Source of the DNA: Rhynchopus sp. YZ270_cl-10
Taxonomy: Eukaryota
NCBI GenBank assembly: GCA_964035575.1
Contig: OZ037845.1
Location: 310,001-374,000, forward strand
Direction: 5' to 3'
Length of the DNA stretch: 64,000 bases
Positions 47,460-58,512 of the stretch are shown here, one piece after another. The position numbers and the translations under genes were made by a program. The notes below the pieces were generated by a model. It saw only the letters and a program-made list of their open reading frames with translations, was not told the origin of the DNA and made no database searches. How positions within the stretch are numbered: the stretch's first letter is position 1; each line of letters begins with the position of its first letter.

Positions 47460-49347
47460 CTATGCGGAAGCAGCGTGGAAAGGACAACCAGATGCCTTTG
47501 GGGGTGTCTGTGGTCTTGTCACCGACTGCGCACGCTCTTCGGACATGCGGAGGAGGTGGGGACATCTGACGGGGGCACCTACATCACGCCCTTCCGATGT
47601 TGCCTTGGTCAGGCTGTTGCTGTGGACGTTGTCGGTCTTGACTGAACGGGGGAGACTCAGCTCGTCGTAAATCGCGACCATTGCGTCACGAAGCTTGACC
47701 ATCATCTCCTTTGTGTGCACCGGGGATGGGGTGACACGGAGACGTTCCCTACCTCTCGGGACGGTTGGGTAGTTGATGGGCTGGACGTAGATGTGGTATT
47801 CGCGGAGCAGCGTGTCGGATACTGCCTTCGCAAAGACAGAGTCGCACACAAGAACAGGAAGAATATGCGAATCACCCTCCATCACCGGAAGGCCAACCTC
47901 AGTGAACATCCTCTTTGCGGAGTTGACGTTGTGCCAGAACATTCTGCGTTTTTCGTCTCCTTCTTCGCCGCGGAGGACACGAAGGGATTCACGGCTAGCA
48001 GCAGCGCACGCAGGGGGGATGGAGGTCGTAAAGATGAACCCAGCAGCAAGCGAACGGATTCCATCCACTACATGCGATGCCGCGGCGATGTACCCACCTT
48101 GGCACCCAATCGCCTTCCCCAAGGTGCCCTGAATGATGTCGATTTGGTCAGAAATGCCGTCTCTCGCGCAGACCCCAGCCCCTCCCGGCCCGTACATCCC
48201 GACCGCATGCACTTCGTCACAGTATGTGAACGCACCGTACTGCTTTGCGAGACGCGCAATGTCCTTCACCGGAGCCTCCGTTCCGGACATAGAGTAAATC
48301 GATTCAAACGCGATAATGATCGACGCGTCGTGGTTGTTGAGACGGATGTCCTTGAGAAGCTCTTCAAGGTGCGCCAGGTCGTTGTGCTTCCAGACGCGTT
48401 TCGCGGATTTGGAGGCTTTGATACCACGGATCATGGAGGCGTGGTTCTCTTCGTCAGAGATGTACACACATTTGGGAAGGATGCGTGGGAGGGTGGCGAG
48501 GGTGGCCTCGTTGGCGACGTAGCCTGAGGTGAAAACGAGGGCTGCGTCTTTGTTGTGCCAGTCGGCAAGAGCGGTTTCGAGCTCAACGTGTTCGGTGGTG
48601 TTGCCTGAAATGTTGCGTGTCCCCCCAGCCCCAGCCCCGTAGAGGTCGACCGCCTCCTTCATGGCGGAGATCACCGCCGGGTGCTGCCCCATCGCGAGGT
48701 AGTCGTTGGAGCACCACACGGCAACCTCAGCGTCCTTCGCGGTCTCGCCCATCCAGGTGGCCATGGGGTAGTCCTTCGCGTGGCGTTGGATCTCGGTGAA
48801 GACACGGTAGCGGCCCTCTGCCTTGATGGTCTTCAAGGCGCTGGTGAAGTGCTTTTTGTACTGTGGGTGGGGAGTGGTGGATGTGATGATGTGGTGGTGT
48901 GCATACGACGTCTTGTGTGTCCTCCTCCGCAGGCTGGGTGGCGATCTGCAGCTCGTTCCCCGCAATGGCAAGACGGTTCTTGAGGCGTGCAATCTCGGCC
49001 TCCTGCTTAAGGATGAGCTGCTCCTTCTCGAGGGACTGTGGAGTGATGGTGTGTAGGCTATATCAAACCGAACAATGTCATAAAATATAGATGTTTTGAG
49101 GTCCATGTGCAAAAAAAGAGATCTTTTTTCCATCAAATATGCACGAAATCATAATTGGCATAATTTGCACCTCAATAAAAAAACAAAACAAAGAAAAAAA
49201 CATTACCTGAGCCTGCAGCACCATGTTGTTCGCGACCAGCTGCTCTGCTGGGATGTTCGAGTGTGCGGACTGGATGAATGCATTCACACTCTTCGCACGC
49301 GCAGCCACTGACACCGCCCTTCCTGCAGTCACCCCTTGACGCTGCAT
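47460..49347 (-). CDS. ALAS: 5-aminolevulinate synthase; predicted exons 49347-49207, 49035-48907, 48860-47460
   Basis: Motifs [47 protein letters not shown]. Two phase-0 GT-AG introns give a continuous ~556-aa protein with an Arg/Ala-rich presequence-like N-terminus; the 5' exon model is inferred. Confidence 0.9.
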
Positions 49348-49614
49348 CGCTCCTTCTCTGCGACCCCTTTGATCTACCTTTTTTTCTCCTTCTGCCGAAC
49401 AACGAAACCTCGGCAAGAATATATGCGGCTACGGGGGAATATGTGTAAAAGAGGGAGGGACTTTAAAAATGCAATGTCACACTACCCACCTTTTTGATGT
49501 CTTTTTTTCTGTGTGTATGCTTTTTTTGGGGGTGTTTTTCGGGAAATCAAAAAACGAAAAAATCTACATTATTTATCCAGGAACAACAATTCCCCACTAT
49601 CCCCCCTCCCCCAC

Positions 49615-50895
49615 TTAAACAATGATTGGAGGACGTTCGGGCCGAACATTCTTCATACGCCTTTCAGATACGTAGGCAGGGTTGTCAACCTTTTTGAACA
49701 CAAAAACACCGGCGTCGAGAACACTGAGGGGAGCCCCTTTCGCTCCATTTGAAAGGTATGGAGAACGGGTCAAACGTTTGAGTTGGAGCTGTGACCCTCC
49801 GTAGCGGCTGAGCACGTGGTTTGCGAACCAGGCGGCAGCGTTTTCCCAGGCAGACGTTTTGTTGTAGAGCGGTGGCCATAGGTTCTCCTGCGCAGCGCCA
49901 ATACGATGTTGCGCCTGACGCAACGGCAAAGGCACTGAAATGACAAATGTCCCCCCAGGCTTCGTCGCAAACACACAATCATCAATCATCTTCGTCACCG
50001 AAAAACAGCGGTCCAAAACGTTCAAACACAACACCAAATCGTAGGTCCGGTCCTCCGGAGGCTTTTCGCTCATATGCACTGTAAATCCACGCTTTTTCAA
50101 CTGTTTTCCGAGATACGGAGCAATCTCGGTTGTTTCATAATTTTTTGCATCAATCTTCAATGCGTCACAGATTGTTGAGGATACCGCTCCATCACCGGCA
50201 CCTACATCGAGCACGGTTTTGATAGACCCTTCGAGGAGCTCATCTGAGAGAAGGTCGGAGATTTGCTCCTTCGAGAAGAGAAATGGTGTGGACACACCTA
50301 AGAAGGAGGATGCCACATAGCGGTACACACCCCAATCAACAAGAAAGCAATATAACTTATACCGCCAATCAGCCACCGGCGAGTAAATGCTGTCCCGAAT
50401 GTATTTTTCCGTTTCAAAGTCACTTCTCAAAGGGCGCAGCGCATTTTCCCCTATGCATTGCGGGCACGACTGCACCATTACCTCCGCCAAACTCTCTTGG
50501 GAACTATCCATGATATACCTCAACTTCACCGACCCCGAAAACGCGTCAATCGCATGATACAAGCTTGGCCATGGCATCCCATACTTCACTCTCACATCTT
50601 CCAAGGACGCTTCCTTGATTTTAAGCGCCTTTGGCGGCCACTCCACCTTCACAAAATCCATGCGGCCTCCATCCTTTGTGAAGTATGTGTCCATCTCCAC
50701 CTCACCCGAGACGCTCTTCGTCCGCACCCTCCCCCCGGGGACCGGTTTGCCGTCAAACGCGACGTCGACTTTGTTGTGTTTGAGGTTCTTCACCTCAACG
50801 GTGCTGAACGGGCTGGCATTGTCGAGACGGGGTTGGGGCGTGCCCGAGGGACGCAACGGAAACGATATGAAGTGGATTCTACTTATTCGAATCAT
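49615..50895 (-). CDS. METTL9: METTL9/DREV-family SAM methyltransferase (start uncertain)
   Basis: FLFSKEQ, VLDVGAGDG (SAM motif I), TTE, LKKRGF, YDLVLCLNVLDRC, PYL: the motif order of the DREV family. Confidence 0.75.
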   Translation of the reverse strand: MIRISRIHFISFPLRPSGTPQPRLDNASPFSTVEVKNLKHNKVDVAFDGKPVPGGRVRTKSVSGEVEMDTYFTKDGGRMDFVKVEWPPKALKIKEASLEDVRVKYGMPWPSLYHAIDAFSGSVKLRYIMDSSQESLAEVMVQSCPQCIGENALRPLRSDFETEKYIRDSIYSPVADWRYKLYCFLVDWGVYRYVASSFLGVSTPFLFSKEQISDLLSDELLEGSIKTVLDVGAGDGAVSSTICDALKIDAKNYETTEIAPYLGKQLKKRGFTVHMSEKPPEDRTYDLVLCLNVLDRCFSVTKMIDDCVFATKPGGTFVISVPLPLRQAQHRIGAAQENLWPPLYNKTSAWENAAAWFANHVLSRYGGSQLQLKRLTRSPYLSNGAKGAPLSVLDAGVFVFKKVDNPAYVSERRMKNVRPERPPIIV

Positions 50896-51305
50896 CGTTA
50901 TAGGGAATGTGGCAACGGAGGAGGGGGAGGAGGGAGGGGGAAGGGGCTGTGTGGGGTGTGAAGGAGATGTTAGACCCTAAAAGCAAAACATTGACCAATA
51001 ATGGTTGGGTGTTGTGTGTGATAGGGTTTATAGAGTGTGTATGGGCTGAAGGGGGGTGATTCGCACTTTTTGCGAATGTTGTGTCCGATTCAGCTCCGCC
51101 AGTTTACCCGGGGTTGTTTGAAAAAACGGAGGCCTGTGTTTTTGGTTGGGAAAAAAGGCCGTGGAAAAAGAGGAGACTTTTTTTTTTTGTTTCATGTCTC
51201 CCCTTAGGCAAGAAGTCTAGGGAGTGTCGGAAGGGGGGGCACCGTGCTGTGCATTTTTGACTGGGGGTAAGGGGATAGAAAAAACGAGAAAAAAAAAACA
51301 ACAAC

Positions 51306-51385
51306 TTGACTTGAAAATACAAAGCCCTCTCGTGAACAGTGTACCTTAGTACAATGACCGGCTGTACCGGGGGGGCGGACACCCA
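51306..51385 (-). repeat. Dispersed hairpin family C (representative copy)
   Basis: Plus-strand GTTGACTTGAAATACAAAGCCCTCTCGTG(T/A)ACAGTGTACCTT(AGTACAATGACCGG...). Copies near 5815, 28870, 42872, 43239, 44316, 61537. Confidence 0.8.
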
Positions 51386-51603
51386 TGCAGTCCTACATCC
51401 ATTTCATGGTTTACATCTGATATGTGCTTCTCCCGCTTCCACTCAGCCAGATGAACGGGGATCATTGCGAACACAGGGTAATTAGGCCTGTGTGGGAAGG
51501 TAGATTTTTTGAAATTTGATACCGCCTCATTGCCCACCTCTGTGCTGACCAACACAAGAAAATGGGGATTTTTTTTTCTTCTTTTCTTCGTGGTATGGCA
51601 ACC

Positions 51604-51927
51604 CTAGCGCTTTCCAAACCCTGCAGAGACTTCCCCTCTGCCGCGCACATCGAGGATCTTCTTCCCGCAGAGTGTGCACCGTCCCTTCTTGCCTGCACAG
51701 TCGACACAGTACTTTGCCTCGACCATCAGCTTCTTCTTGCACGACTTGCATTCCTTCTTATCCTTCCCCGGATACGGTGAGAAACGTTCGCTCTTCGCAT
51801 CCTTGAGTGCCATGTTCGTACGCCCCACCTTTACACCCCCACCCTTAACAGTGTTCGTCGCACCGTCCTTCCAGTTGTCATGCACAATCACCCCACGACG
51901 CTTGCTGTTACAATCATCACACGGCAT
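51604..51927 (-). CDS. CRIPT: CRIPT-family cysteine-rich protein
   Basis: MPCDDC...WKDGA...N.AL...RFSPY...CKSCK...YCVDCAGKKGRCTLCGKKILD follows the CRIPT pattern; the C-terminus may be spliced differently. Confidence 0.85.
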   Translation of the reverse strand: MPCDDCNSKRRGVIVHDNWKDGATNTVKGGGVKVGRTNMALKDAKSERFSPYPGKDKKECKSCKKKLMVEAKYCVDCAGKKGRCTLCGKKILDVRGRGEVSAGFGKR

Positions 51928-53232
51928 GTTATGTTGCTTGTGTACCCTGAGTGGGATTAGGGGGTGGAGTAAGGGTTTGTAGGTGTATACGTCACATCTT
52001 ATTCTTTACAAAAGGGGAAATTAACCTCCCCATTCACTCAATTTCCAGCGTGGTTATCAAACCATTAATTTTCGCTTTGCGTGGGAAAGAGAACAAAAAG
52101 AAGGATGGGTGCTGTTCATTTATCAGATCGTGTTTCAACGTGCCTTGTGGTGCTCACAGCAATCCCGGTATTAGAAATGTCCAAAAATAAAATAAAATGA
52201 AGTTATCCGTGCAGACGCCTTTTGGATATGGGCATATGCAAGCAAATAATGGAATGTTTGAAGAAGATGACAAAAGCCTCTCGTGCCCAGTCACTTTCAA
52301 TAAGAGGTGTGTCAGAAAAGAAAGAAACAGGGGGCCGAAGGTGAGGGGGGAGCTAAAAGAATGACAACTTGAAAGAGGTTGTGAGGATGTGCACACATTT
52401 CATCAAGAAATCGGGGGAAATGGGAAGGGAGCAAACCAAAAAGGGGTTGCTGGGATATTCACAAAGAGGAGCAGAGAGAAGCGTGCCGCCATCCAGTGTG
52501 TCTCGTGGACATATAATGTCGGCGTACTTCTCAAACAGCTCTTCGCAAAAACGTGACTCCTCCGCACAAGCTCAGGGCTCGTGTTGCTGTAGTACCGTTT
52601 GCAGTGACGGGGCAGCACATTGAGACATCTAGCATCTCAGAAGGCACAGTCAATTGCAACTAGAACAAACCAACACGCACTCTGCTCAGTGTGTTCAGAC
52701 ACATCCGACTCAAAGAAATGTGCAATACTGAAAAACACAAGAAAAGAGAGATGTGCACGAAGGAAGCCACTCAACTGGTTAACATTACAAACCAGTTGAC
52801 CCATAAATAATGATATTATTCTTTCAAAAAAGCAACAGAAACAGGTGAGGGAACGCAAAAGCTTTCCTCAAAGCCCTGTGTGCAGAATGCATCACAGGGT
52901 TTGAAATAGAAAAGAGTTGGCAAAAAAGAATAGTTGAAAGTGCAAACACATCGCTCATCGTTCATCGTCGGACGGAGGCAGTAACAAAAAAAGCCCTCTA
53001 TCCCGTCTACCCAGCAAATTGGCAAGGTGTGGCAAAAAGTAAAACAGACGCTGTGCACATGGCTACAACGTCGAAGTAGTGAAACTGATAAAAGTTGTAC
53101 GATGCCGAGGCTCATGTTCTTGGTCAGATCGACAACACAAACAAGATAACTTCAGCACGAAAATGTGAAGACAACATTCACATACACCCATTCACCGAAT
53201 GCACCAGCATCATCCTTTCACAACGAAAATGC

Positions 53233-55305
53233 CTAGAGGCATGGCAGCGAGTCGAGACACGCAATCTTGGTGCATCCGAGAGCTCCGTCGTTGCAGGAGC
53301 AGGTGTTGCAGTCGTTGGTTCCCTCACCCTTTCCAGTCCATCCGTCAGCAACAACAGTTCCGCACTGAAGCTCACAGGACTTCTTTGTTGGGCAAGGCAG
53401 GTCAGGGCACGCAATCAGAGTGCAGCGAAGGAGACCACTCTCCATGCAGCCACATGTGTTGCAGGCGTTGTCACCCTCGTCGTGTCCACTCCATCCGACA
53501 GGAACAACAGTGCCACATCCAAGAGTGCAGGTGGTGGGCTCAGGCTTCGGGCACTCCTTGCTGTTGGGGCAGCCCATCTTTGTACACGCAAGACCTCCGT
53601 TGATGCAGTTGCACATGTTGCAGTCGTTGGTTCCCTCGTCCTTGCCAGACCAGCCGCTTGCGACAACAGTTCCGCACTGAAGGGAGCAAGTCTTCTGACC
53701 GCATGGTGCCGAGTCACATCCGATCTTGGTGCATCCAAGGACTCCGTCAGTGCAATGGCAGGTGTTGCAGTCGTTGGTTCCCTCGTCCTTGCCTGACCAG
53801 CCGCTTGCGACAACAGTTCCGCACTGCAGGGAGCAAGTCTTCTGACCACATGGTGCCGAGTCACATCCGATCTTGGTGCATCCAAGGACTCCGTCAGTGC
53901 AATGGCAGGTGTTGCAGTCGTTGGTTCCCTCGTCCTTGCCAGACCAGCCGCTTGCGACAACAGTTCCGCACTGAAGGGAGCAAGTCTTCTGACCGCATGG
54001 TGCCGAGTCACATCCGATCTTGGTGCATCCAAGGACTCCGTCAGTGCAATGGCAGGTGTTGCAGTCGTTGGTTCCCTCGTCCTTGCCTGACCAGCCGCTT
54101 GCGACAACAGTTCCGCACTGCAGGGAGCAAGTCTTCTGACCGCATGGTGCCGAGTCACATCCGATCTTGGTGCATCCAAGGACTCCGTCAGTGCAATGGC
54201 AGGTGTTGCAGTCGTTGGTTCCCTCGTCCTTGCCTGACCAGCCGCTTGCAACAATAGTTCCGCACTGAAGGGAGCAAGTCTTCTGACCACATGGTGCCGA
54301 GTCACATCCGATCTTGGTGCATCCAAGGACTCCGTCAGTGCAAGTGCAGGTGTTGCAGTCGTTGGTGCCCTCGTCCTTGCCTGACCAGCCGCTTGCAACA
54401 ACAGTTCCGCACTGAAGGCTGCAAGTCTTCTGACCGCATGGTGCCGAGTCACATCCGATCTTGGTGCATCCAAGGACTCCGTCAGTGCAAGTGCAGGTGT
54501 TGCAGTCGTTGGTTCCCTCGTCTTTGCCTGACCAGCCGCTTGCGACAACAGTTCCACACTGAAGGCTGCAAGACTTCTGGCCACATGGTGCCGAGTTACA
54601 TCCGATCTTGGTGCATCCAAGGGCTCCGTCAGTGCAAGTGCAGGTGTTGCAGTCGTTGGTTCCCTCGTCCTTGCCTGACCAGCCGCTTGCGACAACAGTT
54701 CCGCACTGAAGCTCACAGGACTTCTTTGTTGGGCAAGGCAGGTCAGGGCACGCAATCAGAGTGCAGATGAGGTGTCCGCTCTCAGTGCAGCTGCACGTGT
54801 TGCAGGCGTTGTCACCCTCGTCGTGTCCACCCCATCCGACAGGGACAACAGTGCCACATCCAAGAGTGCAGGTGGTGGGCTCAGGCTTCGGGCACTCCTT
54901 GCTGTTGGGGCAGCCCATCTTTGTGCACGCAAGACCTCCGTTGATGCAGTTGCACATGTTGCAGTCGTTGGTTCCCTCGTCGTTGCCCATCCATCCGTTT
55001 GCAACAACAGTTCCGCACTGCAGAGTGCATGTCTCCTGCTTGGGTTGGACACACAGCGGTGTGTGGAGCGTACCATCGCCCTCACACAAAAGGTGGTCTT
55101 GACAGTGCTGGGCACTGCATGGACGTGCACCGCCACAGGTCTCACCCTCTGCACGCTTCGGCACACAGACAGAGTAGAACGAGAGGCAGTGGCCGTACCA
55201 TTCAAGCGGACGGCACCACTCGCTTGGTGCGCAGTCGTCGTTGGCCCAGCACTGCTGAGCTGAGACAGCCGCAACAGCTGTGAGGAGCAGTGTCGTGCGT
55301 AGCAT
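53233..55305 (-). CDS. Secreted multi-domain pacifastin-like (or VWC-like) Cys-rich protein, 12 repeats
   Basis: ATG 55305 MLRTTLLLTAVAAVSAQ signal peptide. Twelve ~49-58-aa units with C..C-N-x-C-x-C-x2-3-G-x2-3-C-T-x3-C. 147-bp DNA tandem repeat in the core. Confidence 0.8.
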   Translation of the reverse strand: MLRTTLLLTAVAAVSAQQCWANDDCAPSEWCRPLEWYGHCLSFYSVCVPKRAEGETCGGARPCSAQHCQDHLLCEGDGTLHTPLCVQPKQETCTLQCGTVVANGWMGNDEGTNDCNMCNCINGGLACTKMGCPNSKECPKPEPTTCTLGCGTVVPVGWGGHDEGDNACNTCSCTESGHLICTLIACPDLPCPTKKSCELQCGTVVASGWSGKDEGTNDCNTCTCTDGALGCTKIGCNSAPCGQKSCSLQCGTVVASGWSGKDEGTNDCNTCTCTDGVLGCTKIGCDSAPCGQKTCSLQCGTVVASGWSGKDEGTNDCNTCTCTDGVLGCTKIGCDSAPCGQKTCSLQCGTIVASGWSGKDEGTNDCNTCHCTDGVLGCTKIGCDSAPCGQKTCSLQCGTVVASGWSGKDEGTNDCNTCHCTDGVLGCTKIGCDSAPCGQKTCSLQCGTVVASGWSGKDEGTNDCNTCHCTDGVLGCTKIGCDSAPCGQKTCSLQCGTVVASGWSGKDEGTNDCNTCHCTDGVLGCTKIGCDSAPCGQKTCSLQCGTVVASGWSGKDEGTNDCNMCNCINGGLACTKMGCPNSKECPKPEPTTCTLGCGTVVPVGWSGHDEGDNACNTCGCMESGLLRCTLIACPDLPCPTKKSCELQCGTVVADGWTGKGEGTNDCNTCSCNDGALGCTKIACLDSLPCL

Positions 55306-56022
55306 TGGAGCAAGGTACGTGTTTGTATCAAAAGAGTATCTGTGGGGTGACGTGGCTGAGGTGCTGGGAGGAATATTAGAGTGATAATGTGTGAAGTGTG
55401 GCGAAACAAAAGTGCAGAGGGAAGGTGTTGCCTCCCTATTGCAATTTAGCTTTGGACGTATTCTGTGGCCCAAACTGCAGTCGTAATGTGATCATCGCTC
55501 TCAAGACGTGATGTGGTGTGTGAATGCACAGGTTGTGGAGTCAGCCAGGGGCGAAAGTTGCTGTGCTGTGCTGTGCACAACAGCATGTGGTGGAGAGAGG
55601 AGCATCTGTGCCCACCTAGACTAGGGATAGAGCGCACATTACAGCACCTTCCCTGTGCGGGCGGCAGCAAGAGACAGCAAGCAGAACGAACGCAACGAAC
55701 GCGTCAGACGGAAAGGATAATAAAAACCAAACATAATGCGAACAAAATGGGGTGCGTGGATTGGGCGTTCGTTTAAATAGATTTCAGATGCACAAGACAG
55801 TGTCCTGCAGCTGTGGATAGAAAGCCGCTTGACAGACTGTTTTGGTACATCTCTGCATTTACATGAAGCAAACATTCATGTGCACATGAACAAAGAAGAA
55901 GGACAAGAGAGCTGCCAACACGCGTAGTTGCACGTGTTCCCAGCAAAGTGTGAAAAGTAAGCAATAAAAGGTTAGGGTTGCCTGAAGCAGGTCAGACAGA
56001 ACAGACGTGCCTCACATGCACC

Positions 56023-56511
56023 TCAGCATCGCGACACACGCCACTCGTCACGCAGACGCTTCACCTTCGTCTTCTCTCCCTTCGCAACACGTGGCACAGG
56101 CTTGTTCTGTGGGAGTGTCCTGTGCAACACACCCTCACGCATCTGTCCACCCAACCCCACCCGCATCATCGGTCCACTCCGTGCCGGCTTCACACACCCC
56201 GTCGCACGCTGCCGCCGTCTGCTGCTGTGTGTGTCCTGTGTCTCCACATCCCCAACACCAAGCGCCACACCTGCACCTGCACTTGCACTGCCAACACGCA
56301 ACAGCTGCACGTGTCCTGCATCCTCAAGCACAGTCTCCGTCTCCCACGTGCACAGCCCCTCCGCACCACGCCACGCAACAAGGTAGCACCGCTCCCCGTC
56401 CCCACGCCGTCCCTTCCGCAGCACCTGTCCGGGTGCAAACTCGTCCACGGGGTTCACCAGATCAGAGCATGCTGTCGTGTGTGCGTGTTCCTCACGTCTG
56501 GACAGAGACAT
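56023..56511 (-). CDS. Small chromodomain-containing protein (possibly partial or degenerate)
   Basis: EFAPGQVLRKGRRGDGERCYLVAWRGAEGLCTWETETVL matches the chromodomain pattern (YLVxW.G...TWE.E..L); start uncertain. Confidence 0.55.
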   Translation of the reverse strand: MSLSRREEHAHTTACSDLVNPVDEFAPGQVLRKGRRGDGERCYLVAWRGAEGLCTWETETVLEDAGHVQLLRVGSASAGAGVALGVGDVETQDTHSSRRRQRATGCVKPARSGPMMRVGLGGQMREGVLHRTLPQNKPVPRVAKGEKTKVKRLRDEWRVSRC

Positions 56512-57867
56512 TTGGGTGTGAGTGGAAAGGGAAAGGATAATAGTGTATCTGTTGGTGTGGTGTGTTTGTGGGGTACGAGGTGTCGCTCCTTCCATCACAT
56601 CAACAGCTCCTCAATCTAAATAGTATTCATGTGTTTCGAGGCAGAAGAGAGATCAGAGGTGTCCTAAGGTATTGTAAAGCCTATTCGGGCATCGCTCGTG
56701 GAGCTCCGACTGGGGCGGCATATCAGTGGTTTTCATCACTTCCGAAGCTGCAGTTGTGTGTTGCATTGTGGTGTGATGTGATGCGGTGTGTGAATGTGCA
56801 CAGGTTGTGGAGTCAGCTAGGGGCGAAAGAAAGACCAACCCTCATATCCTCCTGAGAGGTGTATTGGGAGCAGCTTGCGGTGCTGCCAAGAAGTTTTGTC
56901 ATCATGCTCACTGTGTGTGGTGTCATGTGAAGTGGTTGTGTTCAAAAGAGGAGAGCAGCAACAATCAGACCTGTTGAGTTTGACATAATTTTTCAAGCCC
57001 CACCGAGGGTGCCGTGACTTTGTTGGCCACCTCTGGCCGAATGGTTGTGTTTTGTGCATCATGTTGCTGTGTGGAGACGGAAGTGTGCTCCCAATAGAAA
57101 CAGAAATGTGTCTCGTCAGAATCAATGAGTATGTTGCTTTACTCGGTCATGCAGCTGTGCTGTCCGAGACTCTAGTCAAATGTGCGTAATGTTTCATCAC
57201 TCAAGAAGAGAAGGAAGGTGCAGTGTTGTTGGGGTTCCCAGAGGAAGGGGTGTCGCGGTATTGAACAGGAATACTAAAAAGGGGATAGGGTGCGGTGAAG
57301 AGATTGCTTCTGCTACACAAAAAGAGAAACGTTTGTAACAGAAAGTCGTTTGTAACAAAAAAAAAGTCAAATTGATAGTTCAAACGCCTCTGGGACGCAG
57401 GAACTAAGAAAAAAAAAAGAAGAAAATCAAAACAAAAAGAGAGTAAGCAGGCGAGGTAAGTAGCTGTCACATGCAGGCATCTGTTGGACGCGGTGTGTGA
57501 CAGGAAAATAAAATGTGGGGGACAATAGTTGAAAGCTGAAATGTCCCCCAAGAGCAACAGTCCGTTCGTATGTGCATGTATCATGCAATTGCAACATGAA
57601 CGGGATCAGAGTAGCGGAAAAGAAAGAAACACACATCAGGGTCGGAGCACCACACAAAGGCAACACAAAGCCAAAGTGACAGAAAGGTTGCGCAGTGTGG
57701 GCGGAGAGTGTGGATGGCAGATATGTTGGACATCCCTTCCCCTTCTTGTGTCTTTCAACATCCGAACAAGAAAACAAGCAAAAAGAAAACTCGGAACATG
57801 AAATGTGCTTCACAGGCACACATCTAAAAAGTCAAAGCAAACGTAAACAACAAAGGCAACAATCAGT

Positions 57868-58512
57868 TCATGCCTTCAAACCAACACGGAGGCCCTCCGC
57901 AGACGCGTAGTACTCCTTGATCTTCGGCTGGTTCGCAACCACAGCCTTGTGTGCAGCAAGGTTCTTGAACGGCGCCAGAAGGGTCGACGGGATCGCTTCA
58001 AAGAACCCACACACAAGCGCGTGTGTCGACACGAAGACCACCAGGTCTGCCACTGTCAGGGAGTCACCCACAGCGTACTTCTTCCCCGCAAGACGCGAGT
58101 CCAGGAAGGAAAGCCACTTGTGGAAGTCCCCACCCTCAGCAGACGCAGTCACAAAGAACTCCTTCTTCTCCGCCTCGTCCTGGATCCCCATTCCCTTCCC
58201 CAGAACTGTGAAGAGCTCCCCTGCGTAGTCAATCGTCTCGTCCACACTCAGCGCCACACGTGCATCCTCGGGGTACAGACCCGCCAGCCTTGCAACGTAA
58301 CGCAGGATTGCGTTACCCTGCCCGACCGTCTCCCCGTCCACGTGCAGAAGCGGCAGCTGCTGTGGTGCCACCTTCTGCTTCATACCTCCACCCCACGTCG
58401 GGAAGTCAATGTGCTCATCCTCAAGCGCAAGGCCGCCGATGTGTGCGGCAAGACGGGTCGCCTCAGGCTTTCCGGGGAAGGCGAAGTACACAAGCTTCAG
58501 GGTCGGTGCCAT
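57868..58512 (-). CDS. Glutathione S-transferase (sigma-class-like)
   Basis: KLVYF..PG..E..RL, QLPLL.VDG...Q..AILRY.ARLAGLYP, VGDSLTVADL; 214 aa. Confidence 0.92.
   Translation of the reverse strand: MAPTLKLVYFAFPGKPEATRLAAHIGGLALEDEHIDFPTWGGGMKQKVAPQQLPLLHVDGETVGQGNAILRYVARLAGLYPEDARVALSVDETIDYAGELFTVLGKGMGIQDEAEKKEFFVTASAEGGDFHKWLSFLDSRLAGKKYAVGDSLTVADLVVFVSTHALVCGFFEAIPSTLLAPFKNLAAHKAVVANQPKIKEYYASAEGLRVGLKA

Noticed and set aside
53415..54755. 446-aa alternate-frame ORF within the pacifastin-like gene
   Set aside because: By-product of a stop-free 147-bp tandem repeat.
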